A DNA stretch of 64,000 bases from Octopus sinensis (taxonomy: Eukaryota). Both the position numbers and the translations under genes were made by a program. The DNA is taken from the NCBI RefSeq assembly GCF_006345805.1, contig NC_043007.1:5022001-5086000 (forward strand). The letters run 5' to 3'. Below the pieces are notes generated by a model that was not told the origin of the DNA, did no database searches, and worked only from the letters and a program-made list of their open reading frames with translations. Shown piece by piece: positions 1 to 16,200 of this stretch (the stretch's first letter is position 1; the number at the start of each line of letters is the position of its first letter).

Positions 1-132
1 TCAACCCAACAAGCTAGGTTTCTCTAACAAGCCTACAAAACTTCAAGTCACATGGGGTTGAATCAAACTGTTTTTAATAACATTGGTAAATCCTACTACA
101 TGTGCTGTCACTTCCTTTTGTTTGTCCACTCA

Positions 133-173
<41 letters not shown>

Positions 174-629
174 ATATATATATATATATATATACTTCAT
201 TTATGGATTAACAAGGCGACTAATGCTTCCATTTGGATAGGACTCCACAGTTTTCAAGTAATCCATTTGGGAATGTTGGTACTCATCTACATGTTGTTAT
301 TCTGCAAATAAAGAATATCTATCCACCAAGGTGATGTTGGGCACTCATTCTCACCATTCAATACTACACACACACACACACACACAGATAAAAGTTTATA
401 TCAATGTTATGTTACAGTTGGTGCAAATTTTTGTTTCAGGGTTGTGGGTAACACACCCTGTACTTGATGAGCTGCAGAATAAAACCCACTAAAATTGCAA
501 ATGACCTTGATGAATATTAAATATTAAAACATAACGATGTTTTAATAAAACTTGAAGGTTCGATTATAAAATCATTTTATGTTTTGTTTTTTTAAATTAC
601 TAATCTCTAAAAAATATCGATTAAAATGG

Positions 630-741
630 TTATACCAATTTGATAACTAAAACTGAAAAACATGAGCCTACTGCAAGACCAATTGTGACAAATAATGATA
701 GCAAGGTGCCTGTCTGTTCTGCTTCATGGTTTTCAACCAAA
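630..741 (-). CDS. ENT terminal coding exon (TM11; [11 protein letters not shown]...IKLV*)
   Basis: tttccag acceptor; TAA at 632-630; candidate ATTAAA signal at 546-541. Confidence 0.93.
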
Positions 742-3700
742 CTGGAAATAAAATAAAATAAAAAAAGTCATTAAATTCTTTTGTTATATTTCTTTTTTCT
801 TTACTACCCACAAGGGGCTACACACAGAGGGGGACAAACAAGGGCAGACAAATGGATTAAGTCGATTATATCCACCCAGTGCGTAACTGGTACTTAATTT
901 ATCGACTCCGAAAGGATGAAAGGCAAAGTCGACCTCAGCGGAATTTGAACTCGGAATGTAGCGGCAGATGAAATACCGCTAAGCATTTCGACCGGCATGT
1001 TAACGTTTCTGCCAACTCACCGCCTTATCTTATATTTCTGTCGAAATACACTGCTTTCATTTAAATTAATTTTGAAAATTATTAAGAACTTCTGTAAGAT
1101 CAACTAAAAAGGTACTCTATCAAGAGAGACAGAGAAATGAATATTATTTAATGTATACAATATAAAGATAACGTGGCCGTTGCCAGTGCTGCCCCGACTG
1201 GCTTCCGTGCCGGTGGCACGTAAAAAGCACCATCCGATCGTGGCCGTTGCCAGCCTCGCCTGGCCTCCGTGCCAGTGGCAAGTAAAAAGCACCATCCGAT
1301 CGTGGCCGTTGCCAGCCTCGCCTGGCCTCCGTGCCAGTGGCACGTAAAAAGCACCATCCGATCGTGGCCGTTGCCAGCCTCGCCTGGCCTCCGTGCCAGT
1401 GGCACGTAAAAAGCACCCACTACACTCACGGAGTGGTTGGCGTTAGGAAGGGCATCCAGCCGTAGAAACATTGCCAGATCAGACTGGGCCTGATGCAGCC
1501 TTCTGGCTTCCCAGACCCCAGTTGCACCGTCCAACCCATGCCAGCACGGAAAGCGGACGCTAAACGATGATGATGATGATGATAAACTGATAGTTTCCTG
1601 CTGGAGGTTTTTATAACATGCTTTGTGTCTCCAAGCAATCTCAGGCTCTGAGCCTATGGCCTATTTAATTTTTCAAACAGGATGCTGGAAGAAGAGAAAT
1701 TAGAAGAAAAAAATGAGAAGGCAGAAGTGGGAAAATACATGAGAAGAAAAGGAAAGAAAGAGAATTAGAGTTACACACACACATGTTTATGTAGGTACAA
1801 ACAATTTGAGGTATCAAATTGTTGGATCAGGAGATGAAAGTCAGGAAGAGGGTCACAGCCCAACTAATTAGGGAGAGAGAGAGAGTCTAGATGAGATACA
1901 GTTTGGTTTTGTGCCAGGGAGAGCATCACTGGTGCTATATTTCTGGTAAGGCAGCTGCAAGGAAGATAAACCTCTGTACTTGGCTTTTGTTGACTTGGAG
2001 AAAACCTTTGACGGGGTCCCCCGATCCCTTATCTAGTGGTCAGTGTAGAAACTAGGGACAGACAAGTGGTTGGTGAGAGCTGTACAAGCCACGTACAGGG
2101 ATGCTGTCAGTAAGGTGTGGGTTGACGAGTACAGCAAAGAATTCAGGGTATGGGTAGAGGTTCACCAAGGATCAGTCCTCAGCCCCCTCTTGTTCATCAT
2201 AGTCCTCCAGGCATTAACAGAGGAATTTAAGACAGGCCGCCCCTGAGAACTCCTCTATGCTGCTGACCTTGTTCTTATAGTTGAATCACTACCAGAACTG
2301 GAAAAGTTCCCAGCATGGAAGCAAGGCCTAGAATAGAAGGGCCTTAGAGTCAACCTAGCAAAAATCAAAGTTTTAATATGTAGGAAGGTAGACAAATCAC
2401 AAATGCCTTCAGTATTGGCTCTACTCAATCAGTAGAAAAGGCATAGGTAGAAACTCCATAAGATGCACTCGGTGTAAGCTATGGACCCATAAGAGATGCA
2501 GCAAAATCAGAGGAAGATTAAGAGGGAAAATAGCTTTTGTGTGTGGAAGATGCACAGGTAGAATAACTACGGAAAAATGTAGAGAAAATACACTCCATCA
2601 CATGCGAATGGGGTAAGCTAAAGGTAGTCAATAGCTTCCATTATCAAGGTGAGCTTGTATGATGCCAGTGTATGAACAGCCATGCTACATGGCAGTAAAA
2701 CATGAGCTGTGGCAGCCAAGGACATGCGTAGGGTTGAAAGAAATAAAGCCAGTATGCTTTGCTAGATGTGTAATGTCAGTGTGCATGTATGACAGAGTGT
2801 AAACATTTTCATAGAAAAGTTGAGCTAAAGAGGCATCAGATGTGGTGTGCAAGAGAGATGACTGCACTGGTATGGTCATGTGATGTGTATGGATGAGGAC
2901 AGCTATGTAAAGAAATGTCGATCTCTAACTGTGGAGGGAACCTGTGGTAGAGGTAGACCCAGGAAGACATGGGAGGAGGTGGTGAAGCATGATCTTTGAA
3001 CTTTGAGCCCAACACTTGAAAGGAACTCAGCCACTTTGTCTCCATGAGGCCCAATGCTCGAAAGACCTTTACATGCCAGTTATGTGACACCAGCGTTGGC
3101 CATGACTATAATTTCTCTTGACTTGGTGGGTCTTGTTAAGCGCTGCACATCGCCAAGCTAAGCGAAATCGTAGTCATGGCTGATGCTGGTCTCACATAAC
3201 TAGCACCTATGCTAGTGGTACATAAAAAGCACCTCTTGAATGTTGGGCCACATGGAAGCAAAGTGGCCAATGTCGGTGGAACGTGAAGAGCACCTTTCAA
3301 GTGTTGGACCTCATGGAGAGAAATGACTGAGACGTTTGGCTAACGTTTCTGCCAGCTTGCACACACACACACACACACGCATGCACATTAAAGAAAGATT
3401 GAGAGATTCGGGTAACTTACCGTGGTGCAAGCATCATACTTGTGTTACTAATGAAACCATTGCTAAGTCCCAGGAAGAAGATGATTATTCCTGCAGCATA
3501 GTCGTTGTCAAACAATACAGTCATGTGTTCACGTGGTTGCACATTGCACAGCATTATCAGCGGGATGAACACCAGGCGCAGCAGTGCAGTAATTAGGAAC
3601 AACGTCGAAGATTTTGGTTTGAACAACTGAAAGTTAGATTTTTGACATAAAGGCCATTAGATGAGGTATCTACTGTAGTAGTAGTGGTGATGGAAACAGT

Positions 3701-5081
3701 GGTAGTGTAAGTAGAAATGGAGGTAATTGTTAGTAGTAGTGGTAGTAGTTGCAGTAGTGGTAGTAGTAGCAGTAGTAGTAGTGTTGGTTAGTAGAAGATA
3801 ACATAGGAAGAAGAGAGGAAGTTTGTGTATCACAATCCATCTATCATATCAATCAGTCTGTCTGTCTGTCTCTCTGTCTATCTTTCTATATAGCAAGTGA
3901 GAGAGAGGGGAGAGATAGATAGATAGAGAGAGAGAGAGGAGATATAAATAGATAGAGAGAGAGGAGATATAAATAGATAGAGAGAGAGAGAGAAAGGTAA
4001 ATTTCTAGTTTATAAAATCAATACAAAGAAAAAGTTTGATTTTCTTTCTTACTTTTTGAATACTGCTCTATTTAATTATATTTTAATGTAATTAATATTT
4101 TTCTCCTAAAATTTACTATTCATTTCATTATTTTGCTTAAGCACCTACCAATTTGATTAAAGTTAAATCGTAATTATTGTGTGTCTGCCATATTTCCTGA
4201 TATTACTCAGTGAAACAGATGTACACGTTCAGAGTCACTGACACGTAACACTTCAGTCTTTTTATAAAGCTAGAGGAACAAAAATCAACGCATGAGTGGG
4301 CGTAAAGGGTGGCGGCTTGACTCATTGCTAGCCAAAGGGTCGAGAGACACAGAGTGGCACGAGTTTAGAATTTCTTTCCTTTATATAAGGGATGGACCAG
4401 AAGTCCCTGATTTCCACGTAAACCGGAAGCTTCCAGAAAGGTCTCGAACATTCTAGAAGCTCGAGGGAGATTACTCTTATTAAATCCCTTTTCTGTTTTG
4501 CTTCCCATCAAAGCCATTTAAAAAAAATATTTTTATTATTTTTAGAATAAATTTAAAGGAAATCTATGTATTTCAGCAGAAATATGGTTACAAAAGAATT
4601 AAAATAGTAATAAAGCTGATAATGAAGATGATTATTGTTTCGATGGTGGTGGTGATGATGATGATGATGATGATGATAATTCAGTTGATAAATAGATCAA
4701 CTCACAGATAGATGTCTACCTTCAGAAAGACTGATAAGCAATCATTTGGACATAGAAATAGACAGAAAGGCAGACAGATAAACAGTCACACACATATTAG
4801 GCCCATTAAGACACACATGTATGAGCAATGTCTACTTACAAAACGAGTTTTGCCTGCGATGATTCTCCCTAACAAGTCTGTCACGTTGAATACTAAAAAG
4901 TTCACAACTGGACTATAGAACCGTTCTGAAAAGAGAGAGAGAAGAAGAAGAAGAAGAAGAAGAAATAAGCAGATTGACAGAGGGGACTGGCCTACATCAA
5001 TACATTGAGTTAAATTGCTATGTCCAAAAATAGAAGTTAACAATCATTCAGAATAACATTGTTTTCTTGATACAAATTATA

Positions 5082-5155
<74 letters not shown>

Positions 5156-5196
5156 TACATATATATATATATATACATATACATAATATATATATA

Positions 5197-5254
<58 letters not shown>

Positions 5255-5336
5255 ATACATATACATATATACATATGTATATATATATACATATACTATA
5301 TATATATATACATATACATATATACATATACATATA

Positions 5337-5367
<31 letters not shown>

Positions 5368-5471
5368 CATATATATACATATACATATATATAATATACA
5401 TATATATACATATACATATATATATACATATACATATATATACATATACATATATATACATATATATATAT

Positions 5472-5516
<45 letters not shown>

Positions 5517-8500
5517 TATATATATATTATATATCTTCATCATCATAATCATTTAACATCCGCTTTCCATGCTAGCATGGGTTGGACAATTTGACTGAGG
5601 TCTGGCGAACCAGACTCCAATCTGATCTGGCAGAGTTTCTACAGCTGGAGGCCCTTCCTAACTCCAACAACTCCGAGAGTGTAGTGGGTGCTTTTACGTG
5701 TCACCGGCACGGGAGCCAGTCAGGCGGTACTGGCAACAACCTCGCTTGAATGTTTCACGTGCCACCAGCACAAGTGCTAGTAAGGCAATGAGGGAATGAT
5801 CACGCTCGAATGGTGTGTTTGACATGGCATCGGCACGAAGGCCAGCTTGTTGCTCTGGCAACGATCTCACTCGTATGGTATATATATATATATATATACA
5901 TAGTTAATCCAAACAAGAAAGCACAAAAAAACACAACAACGCGCGGACGTGGAACAAATATAGTATTATTGGACGCTCAGGAAAGAAGGAAAGAAGGAGG
6001 GTTTAACGTTTCGAGCGGAGCTCTTTGGCGGAAACATAGGAGAAGGAAAGATCCAGAGAAGGGAAGACAGAGGAAAAAAAATCGCCAACGGTACACACGA
6101 GGTCACATTTTGAAAGACCAGATATATATACACATATATAAGGCACATGCTTGGCTGTGTGGTTAAGAGGTTTGCTTCCAACCCAATCATCTTGGATTTA
6201 GTCCCACTGCATAACACTTTGGGCAAGTGGCATCTACTATAGCCCCAGGTCCACCAAAGTCTTGTGAGTAGATTTGGTAGATGGAAACTGAAAGAAGCCT
6301 GTCATGTATATATATATATATATATATATATACAAGGTGCGGTGAATAAACTGTCATCTAAATTGAGCAAAAATGAAAATAACACTGACATCTCATTTTA
6401 ACAGATATATCAGGTCATCCCATAAGTTCCGTCCGATTTTACCTTTTTTAAAATTGAATGAAATTTAATAGTATTTTAGAATGTCTAATGGAATTAGAAA
6501 TTATTTTTATGCATTTGTGTACAGATAACACAATTAAATATTACTTTACAGAATAATATAATTAAAATTTCTTTGATTAAAACCCTTTTTAACATGGAAG
6601 TATTCAAAGACCATTTAAGGCACATAATGCTTTATGAGTGAAAAAAAGGAAACTCTGCAGCTGAAGCGACTCGAAACATACACTCAGTTTATGGGAAAGA
6701 ATGCTTGAATGAAAGAACTTGCAGAAGATGGTTTTCAATATTTAAGTAAATTTATTCAATAAAGTCGCCATTGGCTTCAACCACAGCCTCCAGACGACTT
6801 TGGAATCTCCTGCAACTCTTATGGATGGTCTCCTTGTTTAAGTTGGTGAATGCAGCCATAATCCTTGCCTTCAGTTCATCTTTGGTGTTACAAGGAATTT
6901 TGTTGGTCATTCACTCAACTGCACCTCAAACATAATAATCAAGGGAGTTAGGTGGCCAGATGTTAGGGATGGTGTGGTCACAGAAATTGTCTGACAGCCA
7001 TGAGTGGCATGGTGCAGAGTCCTGTAGCCAGGCATAGGGTATTCCAGCAGCCACCCACTTCACCCAGGGTAGCACTACTTCCTCCAGGCATTTGATGTAG
7101 GTCACCGTGTTGAGTTTGAGGCCGTGTGGGAAGATGAATGGAGGCATAATGTCATCATCACTCCTGGATGTTCACTGGATGTACTCTCGGTACATATCCT
7201 CAGATTGCACTCTCCTCAAATTGACACTCAAACACTCTGAAATGTTTGTACTGGAGCTTCTGGTGTGAATGCCAAGCAGTACAGCATGTAGTTTTCAAAT
7301 TTCTGGCTGAGTGAATTGCATCATGGTGCTTTTTTGCTCATACATGGTGCCCATCTGACCCTACTATACTGCATAGTCAACAAATCAAAAAAAATAATGT
7401 GCATACATGAAACTAAAAGTACAAAATGGTGACAGTTTACCCATCGCATCCTGTATAGTGTGTGTATGTGTGTGTGCACATGCGTGTGTATGTGTTTGCG
7501 TGTAATGATTGTAAATGAGCATCCCCACCATACAAGCGATGTTGTTTGTTGCCAGGCTTCCAAAGATTACTTTGCTTGGAAACAGGTGAGGGTTGGTGAC
7601 AAGAAGAGCATCCCAGCTGTAGAAAATCTCCTGCAACAAATTCCATATGACCCATGGAGGAGTGCAAAAGTGGACGTTAAGTGATAACGATAATTAAGGT
7701 AACAGATAGGAGGCACCTGTTCCAATGAAATATCTTTGGCAATGAGAACAGAAGTGGGCACAGCCAGTTTTGTATTTATAAACACTCATCAAGGATCACA
7801 TTCTTTATCTCTCAACTGCCACAGTTAAAAATATATCTCACAGAAAATGTAAGCAAACTAGTAAGGACTTAAATAAATTTACATAATGGTATAAAGGCAC
7901 AACCATGGTCAAGTGGTTATGAAGTTGTAGTGACGCTATTTTGGAAGTTTCAGCGCACATGTGCAGAGTTGGATTACTTCCAGTAGGCTGCAGGAAGTTC
8001 CCTCGTGCATGCGCAGGAACTGCAAACTGAAAGCGTTCCCACTAAATCTTTCTTTTTGGAAGAGCAGCCCTAACGAGTGGACATGAAACTTCTCTCAGGG
8101 AAAACCCTACACACAGAGAAGCTCTCTTCAAAGTGGGAACAGAGACAGTATCTTCTTGGCTCACACAAGTGAACATTTATGAACAGTCTTGTGGACTTGG
8201 CTGCCGGTTCGCCCTTAAGGAAAATATATGTATATATTTTTATCTGTGAAACCCGGAAAATCAAGTGTTATTTATTGCTATTGAAGACAGTCGGATTTTG
8301 GTTCTTTCTTCGACAATTGTATGTGACAAGATAAGACAGACACCCCTCAAGTGTTCCTGAGACCATCATCTTGTTACAAAGTTTTTCCATAACCCTTTCA
8401 CATAACCTCCAAAGCAGAAGCAGCATGAATCAGATAAAATCAAATTGATGAGTCTAGTCCAGGTTTGTAGTTTCCATCAATCCAATTTCACTAATTGCCC

Positions 8501-10265
8501 CACGTGGGTCGGAAGAAGAAAAAAAGGGCCTGCCAAATGTGATGCATATTAAGATTGAACATGGGACCTTGTAAAATGCATTGCAAGCATTGTTGGAACT
8601 ACCAAGTGACCAAACTAAGTCAACGGTTGATGAAAATAAAATTTGGTTCTCTTTACATCATGCACCTTGCACACACGCACACAGGTTTTTTTCTGGCATC
8701 AGTTAATTGTAATTATCAGAAATTAATCAAAACCAAAGTACAAACACAGAAAATCAACACATTTTCATAATAGATTGTGGAAAAGACAGATCACATCTCC
8801 CTCTCTCTCTCTCTCTCTGACACTCTTTTACTCCTTCACTTGTTTCAGTCATTTGACTGTGGCCATGCTGGAGCACCGCCTTTAGTCAAGCAAATCGACC
8901 CCAGTACTTATTCTATCATGCTCCTTTTACCGAATCGCTAAGTTACGGGGACATAAACACATCAGCATTGGTTGTCAAGTGATGTTGGCGGGATAAACAC
9001 AGACACACAAACACATACACACACATACATATATATACGACGGGCTTCTTTCAGTTTCTGTCTACCAAATGCACTCACAAGGTTTTGATCGGCCCGAGGC
9101 TATAGTAGAAGGCACTTGCCCAAGGTGCCACGCAGTGGGACTGAACCCGGAACCATGTGGCTCGTAAGCAAGCAACTTACCACACAGCGACTCCTACACG
9201 TTTATAAAGAAAAAATTGCATAATTAGTGCATTAAAATGTTCTGAGAATATTAGAATGTCAATGATATTCTATATCAAATAATTAGCGGCAAATAGTTGA
9301 AAAGCGGCAGATATATCAGACAGAATATTACAAGAAAATAGAAAAAGGTCATAATTACCGAACCAGCCGAGGTCATTGATTGGTTGAATACTAGAGGAAG
9401 CAGCAGGAAAACAACTGAGTGTTACAGCAAAGGTCAACAGTGCTGCAAACCCCCATTTCCAAATCTGAAGATGAGGGGGGGAAAAAAACCAAATAAAACC
9501 AATGAATTAAAGCATAACCTAAAATGTGTGTGTGTGTGTGTGTATGCGCGCGTGTGTGTGAACATGTTCATGCATTTCTATGATGTGCATGCGTGTGTTT
9601 ATGCACACACTTATTCATCATCATCATCATCATCGTTTAGCGTCCGTTTTCCATGCTAGAATGGGTTGGACGGTTTGACCGGGGATCTGGGAAGCCAGAA
9701 GGCTGCACCAGGCTCCAATCTGATCTGGCAGTGTTTCTACAGCTGGATGCCCTTCCTAACATCAACCACTCCAAGAATGTAGTGGGTGCTTTTTACGTGC
9801 CACCTGCACAGGTGCCAGGCGAGGCTGGCAACGGCCACGGTCGGATTGGTGTATTTTATGTGCCACCGGCACGGAAGCCAGTCGAGGCGGTGCTGGCATC
9901 GGCCACGAGTCGGATAGTGCTTTTTACGTACCACCAGACCAGGGATCCTGGCTGGTTCAATTCGATTTCGATCATCATTTTAACATCCCCTTTTCTATAC
10001 TTGCATAGGTCCGATGGAATTCTCTGAGGGAGAACTTTCTATGGATAGACATCCTTCCAGTCACCCACCATCACCCGTTTCTAAGTGAAGAAATATTTCT
10101 GCTAATCCTTTGATCATGAACACCGTAATGGCCAGACAGGGTCTCATGGAACACAGCAAACAGAACGATACTGCCACTTGTATGACTTTGAGGTCTGTCT
10201 ATGACCAGTGTGTAATGCCAAGACAAGGAAACACACACACACACACGTGTGTGTGTATGTATGCG

Positions 10266-10297
<32 letters not shown>

Positions 10298-13200
10298 GAG
10301 GCGCAATGACCCAGTGGTTAGGGCAGTGTACTCGCGGCCGTAGGATCGCGGTTTCGATTCCCAGGCCGGGCGTTGTGAGTGTTTATTGGGCGAAAATACC
10401 TAAAGCTCCACGAGGCTCTGGCAGTGGGTGGTGGCGATCCCTGCTGTACTCTTTCACTCTTTCTTCTGTTGGCCTGCTCACTTAGCCAGCGGGGTGGCGT
10501 CATTTGAAGGCTAATACAATGAGAAGCGCATTGTGTGTAGAAACATCTGATAGCCTGGTCGGTCATGGTGATATATATATATATACATGTATATATATAT
10601 TGGGTGATCCCATGAATAATGTGTTTTTTTTTATACTTATTTTATTTTTCAAAATTATGATAAACAAAGTTCGTTTTTAATCTAAAATATACTCTCCTTC
10701 ATTTTCTGCAATACTTTTCCATCTATCTGGTAGACTTGCAAGGCCCCTCTTCCAAAATTCACTTCCCCGTCATGGAAAATACTCATCTACTACTATTCTG
10801 ACCTCATCTAAGACAACATATTTTTTTTCTGTCCAAATGATTTTGAAGACTGCAGAATAAATGGTAATCAGATGGGGCAATGTCTGGCAGGTGGGCATCG
10901 TTCCCCATTTAAACTGCTCCAGTCTTTGGAATGTGATCCTCGCTGTATGTGGCCGAGCATTATCCTGATGGAAGAACACCTTTTGTCTTGAAACCAGAGA
11001 TGGACGTTTTTCTTCATGTGCTGACTTAAGCCACTCAAGCTGCTCACAATAGATTTCCTTTGTCATCATTTGGTTTAGGTTTAAAAGTTAAAAGTGGACT
11101 AAACCTTTCACATCCCACCAAACAGATAACAATACATTACGTGGGTGAAGACCTTCTTTAGCCTGGGGTGCTAGAAATACTCATTCTGTTTATGGAAATG
11201 AAGCTTTAAGTGTCCAGAAAGGCCAATAAGCATTTGGCTAACTTTGCTTGGAAAATTTTTCTTTTAAAGATTCCCCTTGATCTAGATGACCAAATTTTGT
11301 TAATATGGAGTTTTAGAAAACCATACTTGAGGAAAACCCAAAGCAAACTTTGGGTTAACAAAACAATTCAATTTAAGTCACACTTCAATTATAAAGCACT
11401 TTCATGAACAACGAAATGTGTCTAAACCTATTTCTTTACTACCCACAAGGGGCTAAATACAGAGGGGACAAATAAGGACAGACAAACGGATTAAGTCGAT
11501 TATATCGACCCCAAAAGGATGAAAGGCAAAGTCGACCTCGGCGGAATTTGAACTCAGAACGTAGCAGCAGACAAAATATGGCTACGCATTTCGCCCAACG
11601 TGCTAACCTTTCTGCCAGTTTGCCGCCTAATGTGTCTAAACCTGGTCAGCGGGTTCCTGTGTTGTCTATCTGGACCCTGGCTCTGTAAACTACACCTATA
11701 ATTACACAATCTTGGTCTTTGAAATTACATTTCTGGTTGTTTCCTTCAGTGGTGCCAATAGTTTTGTTTGGTGTTTTTGTGTTATGCTGGTTTATTAGAG
11801 AGGTGAAGTTCTTGCAACAAGAACAGCTAACCTTACAGATTCTTCTATCAAAGATTCTATGGTATTTATGACAAGTTGGAAAATGTCTTGAGACTAAACT
11901 AAAAAGTTTTTTGCCTACATTAATTCAAACAGTAGCACTGAAGTTTCGGTTGAACAACAAAACCTTTCTAGTCCTAATCCTACATGCTCTATTATGGCTA
12001 CAGTCACTACAAATATACTGGATCCCCTCCGAGAATCCACTGCTATGCGGAGCATCATTATAGAAAGGGACAGCATTTTGAAAAGTTACTTTGCCTGAAG
12101 ATAATGATAAAATCCACCTCCCAGTATTACTAACCATATTCCATGGCTTGTAGATGCTAACTTTTCTCTTCTATAAATTTGGAACTTTGTACTCTATCAG
12201 TAAAAATAAGTCACCTACAGAGAATACTCACTGTATGTCTTGTTAACAAAACAGTACTTACTTTTAAAAAGACACTCCAGATACTGGACTGAACTTGGCG
12301 TTTATTGATTATTTTATCATTTTCATGGACATCATAAATATAGGAACTACCTGAAAAAAAAATGATAAATAATAACAACAACAACAATAATAATAATAGA
12401 GGATTTGAAGAGGGAAATACGAAGGTTGTGGTCAATGAGGAAAGTAGACTGAAAAAGATTGGTGAAAGTGTGAAGGTAGAACACCTACAAAAATGAGCAT
12501 TGCTTGGAATTGCAAGAATTCTTCGTAGGATTCTTGAAGCATGACCAGTAAACAAGTGTCACCTGAGTCTGCTGGCTGTGGACAGCTGACACTTTCCATC
12601 ATAACCAGCAAAATAAACTGTGTGTTTTCATATAATAACAACAACAATAAAAATCCTTTCTATTATAGGCACAAGGTCCGAAACTTGGGGGAGGGGGATA
12701 GACAATTACATCAACCCCAGTATTCAACTGGTACTCGTTTAATCGACCCTGAAAGGATGAAAGCTAAAGTTAACCTTGGCGGAATTTGAACTCAGAATGA
12801 AGCAACAGGCGAAATAATGCTAAACATTTCATCCACTGCACTAACAATTCTCTCAGCTGCCTCCTCTTCTTCCTCCTCAACAACAACAACAACAACACTA
12901 ACTCCTCTATGCTGATGACCTTGCTCTAATTGCTGAGTCACTATCAGAACTAGAGGGGAAGTTTCAGGTGTGGAAGCAAGGATTAGAATCGAAGGGCCTT
13001 AGAATAAACCTAGCTAAAACCAAAGTCCTAATAAGTAGGAAGGTAGACAAACCACAAATCCCTTCATGTAGATGGCCCTGCTCAATCTGTAGAAAAGGCC
13101 GAGGTATAAATTCTATAAGATGCACCAAGTGTAAGCTATGGACACATAAGAGGTGCAGCAACATCAAAGGAAGGCTAACTGGGAAGATAGTTTTTGTACG

Positions 13201-16200
13201 TGGCAGATGCTCAGGAGCAATAAATAACACTGAAAATGTGCAGAGAACAACTTCCGCCACATTTCAGGGAGAAAAACTAGAAGTAGTTGACAGCTTCCGT
13301 TACCTAGGTGACCAAGTCAGTAGCGGGTGAGGGTGCCAAAGTCTGCTTTCCATGCTGGCATGGGTTGGACAGTTTGACAACAGCTGGCAAGCTGGAGAGA
13401 TGCACCAGGCTCCATTCATCTGTTTTGGCCCGGTTTCTATAGCTGGATGCTCTTCCTAATGCCAACCACTTTACAGAATGTATTGGGCGTTTCTTTCGTA
13501 GCCCCAGCATGGGCGACTTTTATGTGGGATTAGCATGGGTACTTTTTATGTGGCACCAACCATGTATGAAATGTATATATTCATATATGCAGGAGTTTAT
13601 AAGATGTAATGTATGCATGTGTCTGTGTGTGTGTGGGGGGGAGATAGATATACAAACAAAGAAGGAAATAAAAAAGCTGGCACCCGGGTGGCTGCAGCGA
13701 TCGGCTTTCCAGTTGATTTGATCACCAGAACCACCTGCTTGAGAAATTAATGTGAAAGTGGCTGAGCGCATCACAGACAGGCATACACTTAACATGGTTC
13801 TCAGGGAGATTCAGCGTGATACAGAATGTGACAAGGCTGGCCCCCATTGAATTACAAGTAGAGCACATATTTGCCAGCTGAGTGGACTGGAGCAATATGG
13901 TGCAGCCATCTGGTTCGCCAGCCCTCAGTTAAAATCGTCCATGCTAGCATGGAAAGTGGATGTTAAACGATGATGATGATCATCATCGTCATCATCAGCC
14001 ATCCATTGTCCATACTGGCATTTATAAATATATATGCTTATGTATGCATGCATGTATGTATGTGTATGTGTGTACCCTTGTTCTGAAGACACATGTTCTA
14101 ACGGTTAAGGTGTTTCACTCATGAGAATCAGATTGTCAGTTCAATTCCTAGACCAGGCAATGGGTTGTGTTCGTGAGCAAAACACTTAATTTCACATTGT
14201 TCTAGTGCTGTGTGGTGACCACCATGCCAAAGAATAGATGCAATATTTCCCTTGCACTTCATAAAACCTTCACCACCAACAACAATCCAAACAGACCCAT
14301 GGGTTGCTGAGCACTTCACAGACGGACATACACTTAACATGGTTCCCAGGGAGATTCAGCGGGATACAGAATGTGACAAGGCTGCCCCCCACCCCTGAAT
14401 TACAGGTAGAACACATATTTGCCAGTTGAGTGAACTGGAACAATATGAAATGAAGTGCCGATAGACACAATGCTAGGAATTGAATCCATCACCTTACGAT
14501 TGTGAGCTGAATGCCCTAACAACTACGCTACATGCCTCCACGCACACATGCATGTGCACACACACACATCACATCACATCCAACAGGTTGCTGCATACAT
14601 TCTGCCTGTTAAATGGCCAACTTAAGGCTATGATAGAAAACATTCTGCTTTAGGTGCCATTAGGATATTGAACCTGGAACCATGGAGCTGTGAATGCAAC
14701 TTCTTAGCTACACAGCCATGCCTGCACCATAGGTTTTCTCACTATATTGAAAAAAAATCAATAATGATAATAACGAAATTATTGTATACAGTGCTCAGGT
14801 GCACCACAACTTGTCAAAAGTACATATAAAGCATATGCAGTAATGTACAAATGTCTGGAAAGTGAACAGTGTATGAGTCAGATACATGCTTGCGTGTGTA
14901 TGGAGGGGAGAAAATCAGGTGTAGTGTTGGCGAATCTCAGGAAGCATGGAAGGTTTGAAGGATGCAGTGCTCCAACAACTAACAACTGATGCCGGCAGTT
15001 TGTTCCATGCTTCAGCAACACAGCGTGAAAAAATGTTTCTGAAAGTCATGGGAGCTGTGCTGTTTTCTGACTTTGTAAACATGTCCACGGGTGTTAGACA
15101 GGTGGAGTTTGGAAAGGTGCTCAGAGTTATTGTTTGTAAGATGGTCAATAATTTTATGGGTGTCTGCCAAGTCAGCTGCCAGACGTCGGAGTTTCAGTGT
15201 GTCCATGCCCAGGGAAGTAAGGCGTTCAGAATATGGCAAATGCCTGATGGAGGGTATTCTCTTGGTTGCATGACACTGAACAGCTTCCAGACGATTAATA
15301 TCCTGGGCAAGATAGCAAGCCTTCTTCTTTGCTAGCTTGGCTAGAAACAGATTTTGTTTGTTTGTTGTTTGTTCTGAGACAAAATACTTTTACATGAGAG
15401 TACACAATAAATAAATAACTTAAAAGTGATTTTTTTTAAATGTTTAATTTATTTTGTTAATTATGAATAATTATGAAACTTACCCTCTCTGAATATATAA
15501 TATCTTGAAAATTCCTGAAAAATTTTAATAGATAAATAATTAATAATTCTTTCTAATTTTGGAATAAAATTTTGAAGGGAAAGGGCAAGTTAATTAAGAT
15601 TTTAATTTTGGAACAATTTATTTCAAAAAGTTTAGAAGTATGTCTACCAATTTTATAAATAAAGAGTTCCTAGCCACAGGGTTCCAGGTTCAATCCCACT
15701 GCGTGGCGCTTTGGGCAGGTGTCTTCCGCCACAGCCCCGAACCGACCGAAGCTTTGTGATTGAATTCGGTTGGCGGGAGTTACTGCCGTGTGTGTGTGTG
15801 TGCGTGTAGGCGCTCAGTGCCTCTCCGAAAGAAAGAGAGGGAGTAATTTTTACAAAATAAACACAAAAAAGATAATTGTCTACATCCTCACCATCACTAC
15901 CACAACACACACACCACCACCACCACTTTTTTTGAATAACTTATATTCTATATGTACAAACTAAGCCATTAAAAAAAAGGGAGTAAAAAAAGAAAAAGAA
16001 AACATGCGAAGAAAGAGAAGAAATATGGCAGTAAAAGTAAAAGGAAATGGCAAATTATTGAGATAAACATGACTTACCAATTTGTATAAATAGAAATATC
16101 CAAAGAAGGTTAAAATGGTGACTAGGATAGCAATTATGAAGTATAGGAGAGCACTGTCTGTAACTGAAGGAAGCGTAGCTAATGCCAGGATATTTGCCAA

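Noticed and set aside
5048-5552. YIYI-rich ORFs
   Set aside because: Translation of a (TA)n microsatellite
10297-10372. tRNA gene (also 37116 and 59833)
   Set aside because: A/B boxes are present but there is no convincing acceptor stem or terminator; these are SINE heads or decayed copies
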